NCBI GenBank assembly: GCA_951406725.2
Contig: OX597826.1
Location: 32,736,001 to 32,800,000 of the forward strand
From: Octopus vulgaris
Taxonomy: Eukaryota
Reading direction: 5' to 3'
Length of the DNA: 64,000 bases
Made by a program: the position numbers and the translations under genes. Positions 40,320-53,985 of this stretch are shown here, one piece after another. The notes under the pieces are model-generated. The model was not told the DNA's origin. It did no database searches and saw only the letters and a program-made list of their open reading frames with translations. The stretch's first letter is position 1. Every line of letters begins with the position of its first letter.

Positions 40320-40320
<1 letters not shown>
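39930..40320. mobile_element. Two short pLTR-like cassettes, tail to tail, each with a degenerate hammerhead motif
   Basis: + CTGTTGA-A-GAGC(atag)GCTC-AAAA-TGTC at 39962-39989; - TCGATGA-A-GAGC(tat)GCTC-GAAA at 40260-40238. Confidence 0.6.
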
Positions 40321-40360
<40 letters not shown>

Positions 40361-40956
40361 ATATGCATATGTGTGTGTGATTATATACATATATTTGTGT
40401 GTGTATGCAAACATGTGTGCTCATAAACACACACATCGCCTGGTCTGAGATTCGAAACCGCAATCCCTCGATCGCGAGTCCGCTGCTCTAACCACCAGGC
40501 CATGGGTCTCCACTGTATATTGTTTGAAATCCAACAAAGTGAACTTGGGACTTACCTATCAAATGAAGTACACTGTAATTGTTTATCTTTAAACAATTCT
40601 ATATGTTCTTCATCATTCGATATGGTTAGCCAGATCTGGATTATATCACAGGGCTAATAAGATTCCTGCTAGTGTTCCAAATCCCAGTTCCTTTGTGTTA
40701 TATACATGCATACATGCATACATACATCTAAAAACCAGAAAGGAGAAAGCCAATTCAAAGACTACAGGTGCAATCCATTAGTGGAACTGTAAAAATCTGT
40801 AAAACTTTCCAGAATTTATCATTTAAATATATATAAGCATGTCTAGGTATGCAACTATATGCATGAGAAGACATAAATAAAACATACATACATACATACA
40901 TATCAATACATACATACTTAGATATATGTATGTGTGTGTGTGTATGTATCTATATC

Positions 40957-40988
<32 letters not shown>

Positions 40989-41002
40989 TGTATGTATGTA
41001 TG

Positions 41003-41034
<32 letters not shown>

Positions 41035-41055
41035 ATGTATATAGGTATATATATA

Positions 41056-41458
41056 TGTGACTGTGTGGTAAGTAGCTTGCTAACCAACCACATGGTTCCG
41101 GGTTCAGTCCCACTGCGTGGCATGTTGGGTAAGTGTCTTCTGCTATAGCTCTGGGTCGACCAATGCCTTGTGAGTGGATTTGGTAAACGGAAACTGAAAG
41201 AAGCCTGTCGTATATATGTATTTATATATATGTATGTGTGTGTATGTGTTTGTGTGTCTGTGTTTGTCCCCCTAGCATTGCTTGACAACCGATGGTGGTG
41301 TATTTACGTCCTCGTCACCTAGCGGTTCGGCAAAAAAGACCGATAGAATAAGTACTGGGCTTACAAAGAATAAGTCCTGGGGTCGATTTGCTTGACTAAA
41401 GGCAGTGCTCCAGCATGGCCACAGTCAAATGACTGAAACAAGTAAAAGAGTAAAAGAG

Positions 41459-41460
<2 letters not shown>
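41056..41460 (+). mobile_element. SINE family A, full length, little diverged
   Basis: Complete head, core, microsatellite and tail; inverted head copy follows at ~41520-41675. Confidence 0.88.
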
Positions 41461-41518
<58 letters not shown>

Positions 41519-41789
41519 AGGCTTCTTTCATTTTCCAATAATGAAATCCTCTTACAAGACTTTGGTCAGCCTGGGGCTATAGGAGAAGACACTTGCATGA
41601 AGCACCATATAGAGGAAGTGAATCCAAAACAAAGTGTTTATGAAGCAAAATTCTTAACCCAAAGCCATCCCACTCTATACTCCTTAAAGATCTTCAGGCA
41701 AATTGCAGAAATTGTTTGCAGTTGCTTCATGTGGAATTGTAAAAACTTGTTCCTGTTTCCAGTAACGTGGACTGAGTCCTTTTGAATGC

Positions 41790-42004
41790 TAACTCTTTCG
41801 CATTCAGATAATCCTTATTTATTCACTTTGTTTGGAATTAATCATGCATTGCCTTGTAGCTTCAAGATTTCAAAGATGTGATTGCATATTTTTAGAATGA
41901 CATTGTAAGATCTGTGTGAGAGGTTGGATCTAGCCAGTATGAACATAAAACAGGTGGTGAAGTATTTTGGCCAGATACAGCTGGTTTAAATGCTACAGGA
42001 TTAA
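41790..42004. mobile_element. piggyBac-like MITE, second family, degenerate
   Basis: CTAACTCTTTCGCATT...AATGCTACAGGATTAA termini. Confidence 0.5.
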
Positions 42005-42338
42005 ATATCAACAGACCTCACCTGACTAAATACTGTGAATAGGACACAAACCAGTGGCCACTTGGTCCAGCTGAATGGATTCTGTACCATTTTAATCCAT
42101 AAAATTTCATTCACAACTTTAAACAAAATATAACAAATCTTGTTACAATTAGCCATAAAAGAAATTCTCTAATATCACTTAATATTCTGATGCAATGAAA
42201 CAGAATAAGGTATGTGGTTCATTCATAAACTGATAAATATTGGAGCATATACATATTAATGGATGTAGGCATGAATATACTGATCTGAATATCTGCCGAT
42301 CAATCTATCTATCTTGCTGTATATAAATATATACATAC

Positions 42339-42398
<60 letters not shown>

Positions 42399-42875
42399 CG
42401 ATATACCTTCTTTCCTTTGTTGCCTTACCATTTTTATCAATATATATATATATATATATATATATGTAAAACCAAAATATCATATATATATTTGGATATA
42501 TAATTAGATATAATCATATATATGGATGTGTGCAATATGTAGGTATGTACATGTATCCTTATATTCTTTGTTTTTTTTACACAGTATATGAATTCTCAAC
42601 ACGTTTTTTGAGAACCTTCCCCACCGACACACATACACCCACACACACACAACATACACACAAGTGCATTCACGGCACAAGTATGTTCACACATACACAT
42701 GGAGAGCCAAGCAAACTAAAGCATATACATATAGAGCTAATTTCATTTCATTTGTAAAGTACACACACACACACATGCACTCACATATATTAGTATATAT
42801 TTATACAAACACACATGCACACATATAGAAATATACAAATATCTTCAAGTATATATATATATATATGTATGTATG

Positions 42876-42969
<94 letters not shown>

Positions 42970-43098
42970 TACATATTTATTTATATGCATATTGTTTATT
43001 TTACTTATTTTACTTATATATGCATATGTATACACACATATATATATATGTATATATATGTATACTTGTCTCTATCTGTATCTATCGTTATATCTAGA

Positions 43099-43140
<42 letters not shown>

Positions 43141-43779
43141 TATGTATATATGTATACATGTATGTATGTCTATATGTACATATGTATATGTAGTGAGAAA
43201 GAGAGAGAGAGAGAGATAGAAGAGGAGAGAGAGTCGACCATTTATGAAGAATCACTTGATTTATCAATGTTAACGTATGCATATAGATTCCGCATGTCAT
43301 GGTTTAAATAAATTCAATACAGACACATACGCAGATCAAAGTATTAGCATATACGTGCATGCGTTGATTGAGTTAAGCAGAGAACATTATGAACATATGC
43401 ATTTATTTCTGCATCCATTGAAATATATAAACATTCCGAACATGCTGCTACTGCAGACCATGCATGCATGAAATCTTTTATACAGAGATGCGTATGTATA
43501 GGAAAGGTTTGAGCCAAGCATATTGACATGACTAAATATATAACGCATGTTTCAATATGAACTAAGCTCTATGTGTGCATCTCTCTCTCTATATACATAT
43601 ATATAAAGATAAATATGTATATATATATGTCTGTGTCTGTCTGTTTGCATATATATGTATATATATATGTGTGGATGTGCATCTGTGTCTATATATATAT
43701 ATATACAGTTATATATGCATGTACATATGTATATATACATATATATACATGTATATATATATATACATATATATATACA

Positions 43780-43825
<46 letters not shown>

Positions 43826-44558
43826 CATATATATATATATTTATATATATACATATATATATCTATATATATAGACATATAGATATATACTTGTATATAT
43901 TCTTACCAACAGACATATGTGCATGTGTATATATGCTTATATTCTTTAATATGCACATATTACCATCTATACATAGATACATACATGTGTGTATGTGCAT
44001 ATATATATATATAGACCTACTTACATACTCATGTGTTTGTATATATATGTATAGTTATACACACACAAATATATATGCACACACACATGGGCTTACATTT
44101 GCTCAGCTATTGCATATGTAAATACATACATACACAAATACATAAACATATATATATGAGTATATAAATACATGCACACACGTATACATGTTAGTGTGTG
44201 TGTGTGTGTGTGTGTGTGTGGTGTATGTGTGCGTGTGTGTGTTTGTGTTTGTGTACGTGTGTTAGTAATTTTACCACTGAAATTCATATTATGGTCATAT
44301 GTTGCGAACATTGTGGATTTAAAGGATTGCCAAAATTCAGATTAACAACCACTCAGGCACCAGCATGAAACCATGTCATGGATTTGATCATAGAGTTTCT
44401 AAAATATATTCATAATGTATATATATATACATACCTCACAGTCAATGCACTTGTTACTGTACATTCAATAACTTTTATATACAGGCCTATAGTAAAAATG
44501 TATAAAAGAAACTTCATTTCTACAGATATATGTATGTATGCATATACAAATACGCACA

Positions 44559-44597
<39 letters not shown>

Positions 44598-44603
<6 letters not shown>

Positions 44604-44886
44604 TAATAAATAAAATATATGCATACATACAAACATATATGTATGTACCAACATCTACATGTATATATACATGCATATATAAATATATATACGTACAGGA
44701 CACCACAAAAAGACTGTCTTTCTGTTGTAACAAAATGGCTTTTCCGTTTTCGTTTCTGTTGATTTTTACGTCTTTTTGTGGTGTCCTGTACGTATATATA
44801 TTTATATATGCATGCATATATACATGTAGATGTCGGTACGTACATATATGTTTGTATGTATGCATATATTTTATTTATTACACTAT
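44598..44886. repeat. Inverted repeat, 117-bp arms, 55-nt spacer
   Basis: 44598-44714 is the reverse complement of 44770-44886 with about 3 transitions. Confidence 0.95.
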
Positions 44887-45254
44887 TGTCTGACAGCGCT
44901 TCGCGTCGGGTTCATTCGAATTTTCGCTTCGTTCCGTCTCTTATCCTCCCAGTATTGTTTTATTATATATATATATATATATATGTATATGTATATATAT
45001 ATAAAATATATATATATATTCATTCTATTATTCATTTATTCATTTCAGTCATTTGATTGTGGTCATTCTGGAGCACTGCCTTTAGTCAAACAAATCAACC
45101 CCAGGACTTATTCTTTGTAAGCCTAGTACTTATTCTATCAGTCTCTTTTGCTGAACCGCTAAGTTATGGGGACAAAACAGACAAATAAACATATATATAT
45201 ATATATATATGTTTATTCGTCTGTTTTGTCCCCCTAACTTAGGTTTTGAAAAGC

Positions 45255-45572
45255 CTAATTTCTCAAGATTGTACTTAGGCAGTGTGTTTCATATCCCAGT
45301 TCCCCAATAATTACAGGTATAAATCTAAATGTGTAATCTGGATAGAGTAACTGCAGATTTCTCCATAGTTCAGAGTAGGTATTTTCTTTTGCGCTGACCT
45401 TTAGCTTTATGTTTATATCCACTGGGCAGCTGATTCCCACAACTTTACACAGTTTCTCTTCTCTATCCCAAATCATTATATCAGGTCTGGTGTGCTTACA
45501 TCTTATTGAAGCCTTCCCTGGGACATTCCACCTGAACTCCTTTTTATTATGAGTGGCTATGGCTTCCACCAT
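45255..45572 (-). pseudogene. R4/Dong-like restriction-like endonuclease fragment
   Basis: KHTRPDIMIWDREEKLCKVVGISCP...KENTYSEL...FIPVIIGELG. Confidence 0.8.
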
Positions 45573-45662
45573 ACTGTAGGTTTATGTATGTGTGTATGTA
45601 GCTATGTATGTATGTTTGTGTGTATGTGTGCATGTGTGTGTACACACACATACATATCATAT

Positions 45663-46365
45663 GAGGCGTTTAGTAACAGAGTGTTGTAAGCACCACCCTG
45701 GCCATTTTAGAGTTTAGTATATCATTTTCTTTGTTACAAAGTCTAGAATCCAAAAGAGGCTTGCAATAAGGTCGAAAATCCAGCTGAAAAAATTGCATCT
45801 CGACGCTATTGGCATGACACTTGCTCACCCAAACTCGGACCAAAGAGTTTAGTAACAGACCATCGTAAACACAAACACTCAGTCAATAACTTTGGTGTGG
45901 TCCCTGTATCGTTTTCCAAGGTGTTATGGCTCATTTTCTAATATTCTTCATTACTATCGTAATGATAATGGGCTATTATTTTACTACCTTGTCTTACTTA
46001 CCTCTTAAAGGTACTTACCTTGGTATCTGAAAACACAAACAATACCTTTGTGGGGTCTCTGTATGATTTTACAAGGTATCATGGCTAAAATATGCAACGC
46101 GATACACCATTTTGTAGTACTGGTATATTCTACAAAATGAGAAAGACACAATCATTGTTTTATCCTTTTGATGGGTACATAAATAAATAACTTTACATAG
46201 GTGGAAGGATTGGAGGAGACCTTCACAGTCACTTTAAGACCAAAACCAGCTTCTTAACTTCATTCCTTGCCAAGATATCACATTCTGAAAATCACAAAAC
46301 TTTGACTGCTTTTATTCTCGGTTTTTAAGTTGTGGTGCTTACCACAGTCAGTTACCAAACGCCTC
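45663..46365. mobile_element. Non-autonomous DNA transposon, Sola-like
   Basis: ~34-bp TIRs GAGGCGTTTAGTAACAGAGTGTTGTAAGCACCAC / GTGGTGCTTACCACAGTCAGTTACCAAACGCCTC, flanked by ATAT on both sides. Confidence 0.75.
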
Positions 46366-47169
46366 ATATATACATTTATATACATTTATAATATTTTATA
46401 TATTTAGATCCACATATATCTGTAACCCTCCTAGTTGATATTCATTGTATTTTTATTGTATCTTTCAAGTCCTTGTGGCTAATATAAAAGGAAATGCAAT
46501 TATTATTGTTATTATTTTTACAATTATTATCATTCTTCTTCTTCTTCTTCTTCTTCTTCTTCTTCTTCTTCTTCTTCTTCTTCTTCTTCTTCTTCTTCTT
46601 CTTCTTCTTCTTCTTCTTCTTCTTCTCCTCCTTCTTCTTCTTCCTTCTCCTCCTCCTCCTCCTTCACTCCTCCTCCTCCTCCTCCTCCTCCTCCCCATTG
46701 CAATGGTGAGTAGAATTGTCAGCACACTGGACAAAATGCCCGGTGGTTTTTCATCTATCTTTACGTTCTGAGTTCTGATTCCCCCTAGGTCGTCTTTGCC
46801 TTTCATCCTTTTTTGGGGGATCGATAAAATAAGTGCCAACTGAACTCGGTGGGGTGGGTCGATGATGTAATCCCCTCATCCCTATCTTTCCCAAGCTGCT
46901 CTTCTGATAAAAATTAGAAATAATTATCATTATTGTTATTATCAATAATCAAATGTGTTTGCATTTTGACTGAGAAATTATTTAAAATCCATACTTACAA
47001 TGTTTAATAAAATGAAGTAGCATGAAACGATCGTACCAAATTACTGAAGATACACTTGTTGCTCATTTTGATTATAATCACGCCATGGATTTATAATGTA
47101 TAATACCATACAAAATTCTGGTGCCTCTGACTCAAGTACCATATTCATTTGAATCTAAATTTTGCTGTA

Positions 47170-47220
<51 letters not shown>

Positions 47221-47979
47221 ATATATATATGCATGTGTGTGTGTGCCTATGTGTGTGTGTACGTGTACATACACACAGTACGGATTGTATATATATCAAG
47301 AAAGGAGTTAGTCAGAATTTTGGACAAATTATTTATTTAGTCCCTTCATCTCGGTTCATATATATATATATGTGTGTGTGTGTATATATATACACATATA
47401 CATAGATATATACAGACATACATTTATGCACGCACACACACACATATATATATACAAAACATGTAACAGTAGCTTTGTGTTGGCCATGAGGAAGATAAGT
47501 TGTCAGTCAAGTTACACATAAAACAGAAAAAACATACACAGTCTATATATTTAATATTCCTGGACAAAGCACAGGTTCCTGGCAAAAAGACAATGCACCA
47601 TATGCATATTTCCAGCCTTCATCAGCAGGAGTTACAATGCAGCAAATTTTCTACCTTTGACTGCTATTATACACACAAACTTTGGCAGGATTTTTGAAAG
47701 AAAGTAAACTGTGTGATATTTACCAAAACCATAAGAAACTTGCAAACATTTGACTGTCGATGCATTATGTATGAAAGTAAACACATAAAATGCGCAACTG
47801 TCAGGAAAGTGCATTAAATATTTGTAATGTTGACATATATTTTGTTGATGCAGGGAGAATATTAGGAGATGATAATATTACCATTGGAACTACTAAGTAT
47901 TTGTCACATTCATTCACATGTGTGTGCAGGTGTGGAAGTATTACACAAACATACATACACACACACACACACACACACG

Positions 47980-48272
47980 ATGGTGCGTGGCTGAGTGGTT
48001 AGGGTGATGCACTTGTGATTGCCAGATTGTAGGTTCGGTTCCAAGACTGGGTGATGTGTTTTATTTTTTTTTTTTGAGCAAAACACTTCGTTTCGTGTGA
48101 CTCCAGTTCATTCAGCTGTAAGATGGCCTAATCTTCTGATCAGGAGGGATGCTGTGTTGCTTCCCTAACTAACAGGGTGGTATTGTTTGAAAGCTAAATC
48201 AATGAAATGTGCATTGTGACCAGCGATGTATAACAGCATCTGATTGTTCGGTCAATCAATTGATCACGCGAT
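47980..48272 (+). mobile_element. tRNA-derived SINE (C-like head)
   Basis: GGTGCGTGGCTGAGTGGTTAGGG...GGTTCGGTTCC; tail GCATTGTGACCAGCGATGT shared with 55676-55740(-). Confidence 0.7.
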
Positions 48273-48337
48273 CACATACACACGTACCTACATCCATCCA
48301 TCCATCCATACATTCATACATACTTACATACATACAT

Positions 48338-49830
48338 CTTTTATATTTTACTTGTTTCAGTCATTTTACAGTGGCCATGCTGGGGCACAGCCTTGAAGAA
48401 TTTCAGTTGAATGCATTGATCCCAGAAATATTTTTTTAAAGCCTTTCACTTATTCTAGCAGTCTCTTTTGTTGGACCCCTAAATTACAGGACGTAAACAC
48501 ACCAACAGCGGTTGCCAAGTGGTGGTGGATGACAAATACAAACACACACACACACAAATACACACACACACAGACACACAAATACACACACACACGCACA
48601 CACACAAATACACACACACACAAATACATGCACACACAACAAAGACACACACAAACATGTGATTAGCTTTCTGAAAAAAGTATGCCACATGTGTGTGTGT
48701 GTATTTGTGTGTGTGTTTGTGCTTGTGTTTGTCATCCATCACCACTTGGCTACCAGTGTCGGTGTGGTTATGTTCCCATAACTTAAGGGTTCAGCAAAAA
48801 AAAAAAACAACGATAGGATAAATAAATACCAAGCTTAAAAAAACATGTACCGGGGTCAATTCATTTGATGAAAAAAGGTCTTCAAGACAGTGCCCCAGCC
48901 TGGCCAGAGTCTAATGACTGAAACAAGTAAAAGATTAAAAATATGGAGAAAATGGAACTCACTACATGCGTATATGTACATTTTTTTTTATTTGAGATTG
49001 GCTGAAAGTTACAAGTTACTCAAGTGCCCAGAGTTTCGTGTACGGCATCTGTGTTATGCATGAAAGTTTTGGACCCCAAGTCACTCTTGCTGTTTTCTGT
49101 CAATTAAACTAAAGTATGTTTTTTACCTTCTACTTGTTCCAGTCAAGAGACTGTGGTCATACTGGAGCACTGCCTTGAAGAATGTATTCACCCCAGCATT
49201 TATGTTATAAAGCATGGTATTTATTCTATTCCTCTCGTTTGCTGCTCTCCTAAGTTATGGGGACATAAACACACCAACACCGGTTGTCAAGTGGTGGTGG
49301 GGGAGCAAACAAATGCAAACACACACACATTCACATGCACACACACATAGTGGCTTCTTTCAGTTTCCGTCTAGCAAATCTATTCACAAAGCTTTGGTTG
49401 TCCTGAAGTTAAAGTAGAAGACACTTGCCTAAAATAGCACACAGTGGGACTGAACCCAGAACCATGTGGTTGGGAAGCAAGCTTCTTACCACACAGCCAC
49501 GTCTGCACTTCCACGTGCATACCCATACATGTAAACACACAATACATGCACATGTATGCAAATATTTGCATGCACACATATACATGGTGGGCTTCTTTCA
49601 GTTTCCATGTAATAAATCCTCTCATAAGGCTTTGGTCAGCCTGAGGCTATAGTAGAAGACACTTGCCCAAGGTGCCATGCAGTAGAACTGAACCCGGAAC
49701 CATGTGGTTGATAAGCAAGCTACTTCCCAACAGCCACATCTGCACCTGAACATGCATACCTATACATGTAAACACACAATACATATACATACATGCAAAC
49801 ATTTGCATGCACACACACACATTTATACAC
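48338..49830. mobile_element. Cluster of SINE family A pieces in both orientations, including a ~240-bp tandem duplication
   Basis: Tail(-) 48338-48540, tail(+) 48700-48935, full(-) 49125-49505; head plus flank duplicated at 49350-49590 / 49588-49830. Confidence 0.8.
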
Positions 49831-50392
49831 ACATGTGCACACACACACACACACACACACACATCTACATTTACTCTAAATCAGTGATTGCAATCTCTTT
49901 CTTCTGCCCCACCCCCTTCAACTCATCCACCATTGTCTCCTTCTGATCCTTCCAATATTATTAAAACAGGAAATTTCAAAGGAATAACAACAAAACAAAC
50001 ATGCCCCTAGGAATTCCTTTCTTTACAAAACCCCATTAAATAGCCCCTTTTTTTTAGAGAGCCACAAATTGAAATGCACCAAACGCCACTTCATTCCCAC
50101 CTCTTTCTCTCCCCTCTACCTCTCCTTCTGCCTCTCCTACATACTCTCTCCCTTTCTCCTCTTAATCTCTCTCTGTTTTGATTGTTTTCACATGTTCACT
50201 TTTATCATTGAATAAAGCCATATTGATAGAATAAACTATAAAAGTTACTCATTCACCATTTCATTCCTTATCTATCTATCAGTCTATCTACTAACCTACC
50301 GACATATCTATCTGTCTATCTATCTATCTGTCTATCTATCTATCTATCTATCTATTTATCTGTCTATCTATCTCGATCTACCCGTCTATCTA

Positions 50393-50456
<64 letters not shown>

Positions 50457-50476
50457 TTTAACTGTCTATCTATCTA

Positions 50477-50515
<39 letters not shown>

Positions 50516-50699
50516 TTAACTGTCTATTTATCTATATCTATCTATCTACCTATCTATCTATCTATCTATCTACCTACCTATCTATCTATCTACCTACCTA
50601 TGTAGCTATCTATCTATCTATCTATCCATCTATCTATCTATCTGTCTATCTATCTATTTACCAATCTCTCTCTCTCTCCTGCTATATTCTTTTATTTTT

Positions 50700-50884
50700 T
50701 TATTCTTTTACTTGTTTCAGTCATTTAATTGTGGCCATGGTGGAGCACCACTTTTAGTCGAGCAAATCGACCCATAGTAAATATTCTATTGATCCCTTTT
50801 GCCGAACCAATAAGTTACGGGAGCGTAAATGCACCAGCATTGGTTGTTCAGTGATGTTGGGTTGACAAACACATACACACGATA

Positions 50885-50937
<53 letters not shown>

Positions 50938-51102
50938 ACGACAGGCTTCTTTCAGTTTCCGTCTACCAAATCCACTCACAAGGCTTTTGGTTGGCCCGAG
51001 GCTATAGTAGAAGACACTTGCCCAAGGTGCCACGCAGTGGGACCGAACCTGGGACCATGTAGTTGGTAAGCAAGCTACTAACAACACAGCCATTCCTGCA
51101 CC
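50700..51102 (-). mobile_element. SINE family A
   Basis: Homology to other copies. Confidence 0.85.
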
Positions 51103-51322
51103 TATATATATATATAGATATATATATACATATATATACATACACACATATACATACATATATACATATATATATATGTATATGTGTATGCATGTGTGCA
51201 TGAGAGTATGTGTTTGCAGGAGTGTGTGTGTGAATGTGGGGTTTGCATGTGGTTGCATGTATTAATACATAGGCATTAGGCTAAAAATACTAAAACTGGA
51301 AAGGAAATTGAGAGATATAAAT

Positions 51323-51355
<33 letters not shown>

Positions 51356-51572
51356 GAAGAGATTGACAGACAAGCTGAAAGAGGAAAATGGCCAGACATA
51401 ATCATACATGCACACATACGCACATGCACACGCATGCATGAACACACATGAACACACACGAACATGTCCGCATGAACACGCATGCACAAACATGTATTCA
51501 CACACACATGTATAGATAGAGAGATAGACAGATGTTTATATATATATATTTATATATATATACACACACATG

Positions 51573-51626
<54 letters not shown>

Positions 51627-51762
51627 TGTATACATATATGTATGTATATATGTGCATATATATATATATATGTGAGTATATATGTGTGTGTATATACATG
51701 CATATATATGCATCTATATATATATATTATATTAAATTAGAGACAAAACCACTATTAGGCAA

Positions 51763-51806
51763 ATCTCTGTCTGCCTTGTACTAACTCCATGTATGTATAT
51801 ACATAC

Positions 51807-51844
<38 letters not shown>

Positions 51845-51845
51845 G

Positions 51846-51876
<31 letters not shown>

Positions 51877-51977
51877 GTATGTATACATGCATATACACAA
51901 AAATATATAAATATGTGTGCGTGTATGTGTGCATGTGTATAAATATGTAGATACATGCATATATACCGAGATATACA

Positions 51978-52025
<48 letters not shown>

Positions 52026-52262
52026 CATATATATATGTACATATGTATGTTTGTATATCTCGGTATATATGCATGTATCTACATATTTATACACACGCAT
52101 GCACACACACACACACACATATTTATATATTTTTGTGTACATGCATGTATACATACATATATGTATATATACAAATATATATATATATATATATACATAC
52201 ATATATATATATATATATGTATGTATATACACACATGGAGTTAGTACAAGGCAGACAGAGAT
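51763..52262. repeat. Large inverted repeat (~220-bp arms) centred on (AT)n
   Basis: ATCTCTGTCTGCCTTGTACTAACTCCATGT...ATACCGAGATATACAAACAT mirrored by ATGTTTGTATATCTCGGTAT...ACATGGAGTTAGTACAAGGCAGACAGAGAT. Confidence 0.93.
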
Positions 52263-52924
52263 GAAGATATTGTGAAAGAGGGAGGCGGGTGGGGAGAGGG
52301 TTAGCAAGAGGTTCTGGACAAAAGGCCATATCAGAAATAGGTCTGAATGAGGACACAATTTGAATTTCCTAGATCCATATTGTCAGCAGAACAGCCGCCT
52401 CTGGATGCTGCAATTCATTTCATTTAATGTGCTTTCACATTCCAGTCCGTATTAATATTTAATTAAACGCAGTTATTGTTATTCTTATTGGCACCACCAC
52501 CAGCACCACCAGCTCCACCACCACCACCACCTCCATCTTCATCATCATCATTATCATCAATGTGGCAAACTGGCAGAATCATTAGCATATTGGACAAAAT
52601 GATTAGCAATGTTGCTTCTAAATCTTTGTGTTATGGGTTCAAATTCTAGTGAGGTCAACCTTGCTTTTATAAATTTTGGGTTTGATAAAATAAGCAGCTG
52701 CCAAATACGGGGGTGTTGATGTAATCCACTTAATGTGCCCCCTAAAATTTCCAGCTTTATACCAAAATTTGAAACCATTATGATTTTAATAATTGCCATG
52801 GCAGAATCATTAACATGTCAGATAAAAAGGCTTAGCAGCATTTCATCCACCCTTATGTTCTAAATTCAAATTCCACCATGGTTGACTTAGCCTTTCATCT
52901 TTTCGAGATTGATAAAATAAATAC

Positions 52925-53157
52925 CTATTTCTTTATTACCCTCAAGGGGCTAAACTTAGAGGGGACAAACAAGGACAGACATAGGTATTAAGTCGATTAC
53001 ATCGACCCCAGTGCAGAACTGGTACTTAATTTATCGACCCCGAAAGGATGAAAGGCAAAGTAAACCTCGAAGGAATTTGATCTCACAACGTAACGGTAGA
53101 CGAAATACCGCTAAGCATTTCGCCCGGTTTGCTAACGTTTCTGCCTGCTCACCACCT
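52925..53157 (-). mobile_element. SINE family B (tail variant 1)
   Basis: Reverse-complement homolog of 5190-5421. Confidence 0.85.
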
Positions 53158-53853
53158 TCATTGATAAAATAAATACTAGTGGCTTAGTGGCAAGGCTATT
53201 TGGTCCATGTCGAAAGGTCCTAAGTTTGTTTTGTGACAGTGCCTTTTGTCTTTGAGCCAGACACTTTATTCCACATTGCCCCAGTCCTTGTACCTTGTTA
53301 TTCAAAGGGCTGGCTTTGTCACATTCTGTGCCATGCCGAATCTCCCTGAGACCTACATTAAGGATACACATGTCTGTGGAGTGCTCAGCCACTTGCACAT
53401 TAATTTCCCTAGCAGGCTGTTTCATTGATCAGATCAACTGGAATTCTCATTGTCATAATCGAGAGAATGTCAGTCTATACACAAGCATATATATTTTCCT
53501 TTTTATAAATATGAAAAGAGCAGCATTAACTGAACTGGAAAATCTCTTATATAGAATCTTACAAAGTGAACTTTATCTAGTAAAGCTATTCTATAGATTG
53601 TAGATACGATTTACAGTTTATGGCTTTTTTTCATGTTTTTGTTACAGTACCTGTTGTTATGGTACCCTTTCCATTATCTGTCATTGATACTGTTTATACT
53701 TCTTCCACTCATGGCTCCTTAATTTCTCTTTTGAAAGTCCTTGTAAGTTGATACCTTTTGATACCTTTTTGACTTTTGCTAGGGAAGAAAATTTGGTCAG
53801 AACTGAGAGCACATTTTCTTTCCCTGTTTTTAATTATCTGGAAAATTGACTTT

Positions 53854-53985
<132 letters not shown>

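Noticed and set aside
40550-40620. Additional hammerhead (TGATGAAGAAC...GTTT) or GTAAGT donor on the minus strand
   Set aside because: GAAA core and stems I/III are missing, and no convincing open exon
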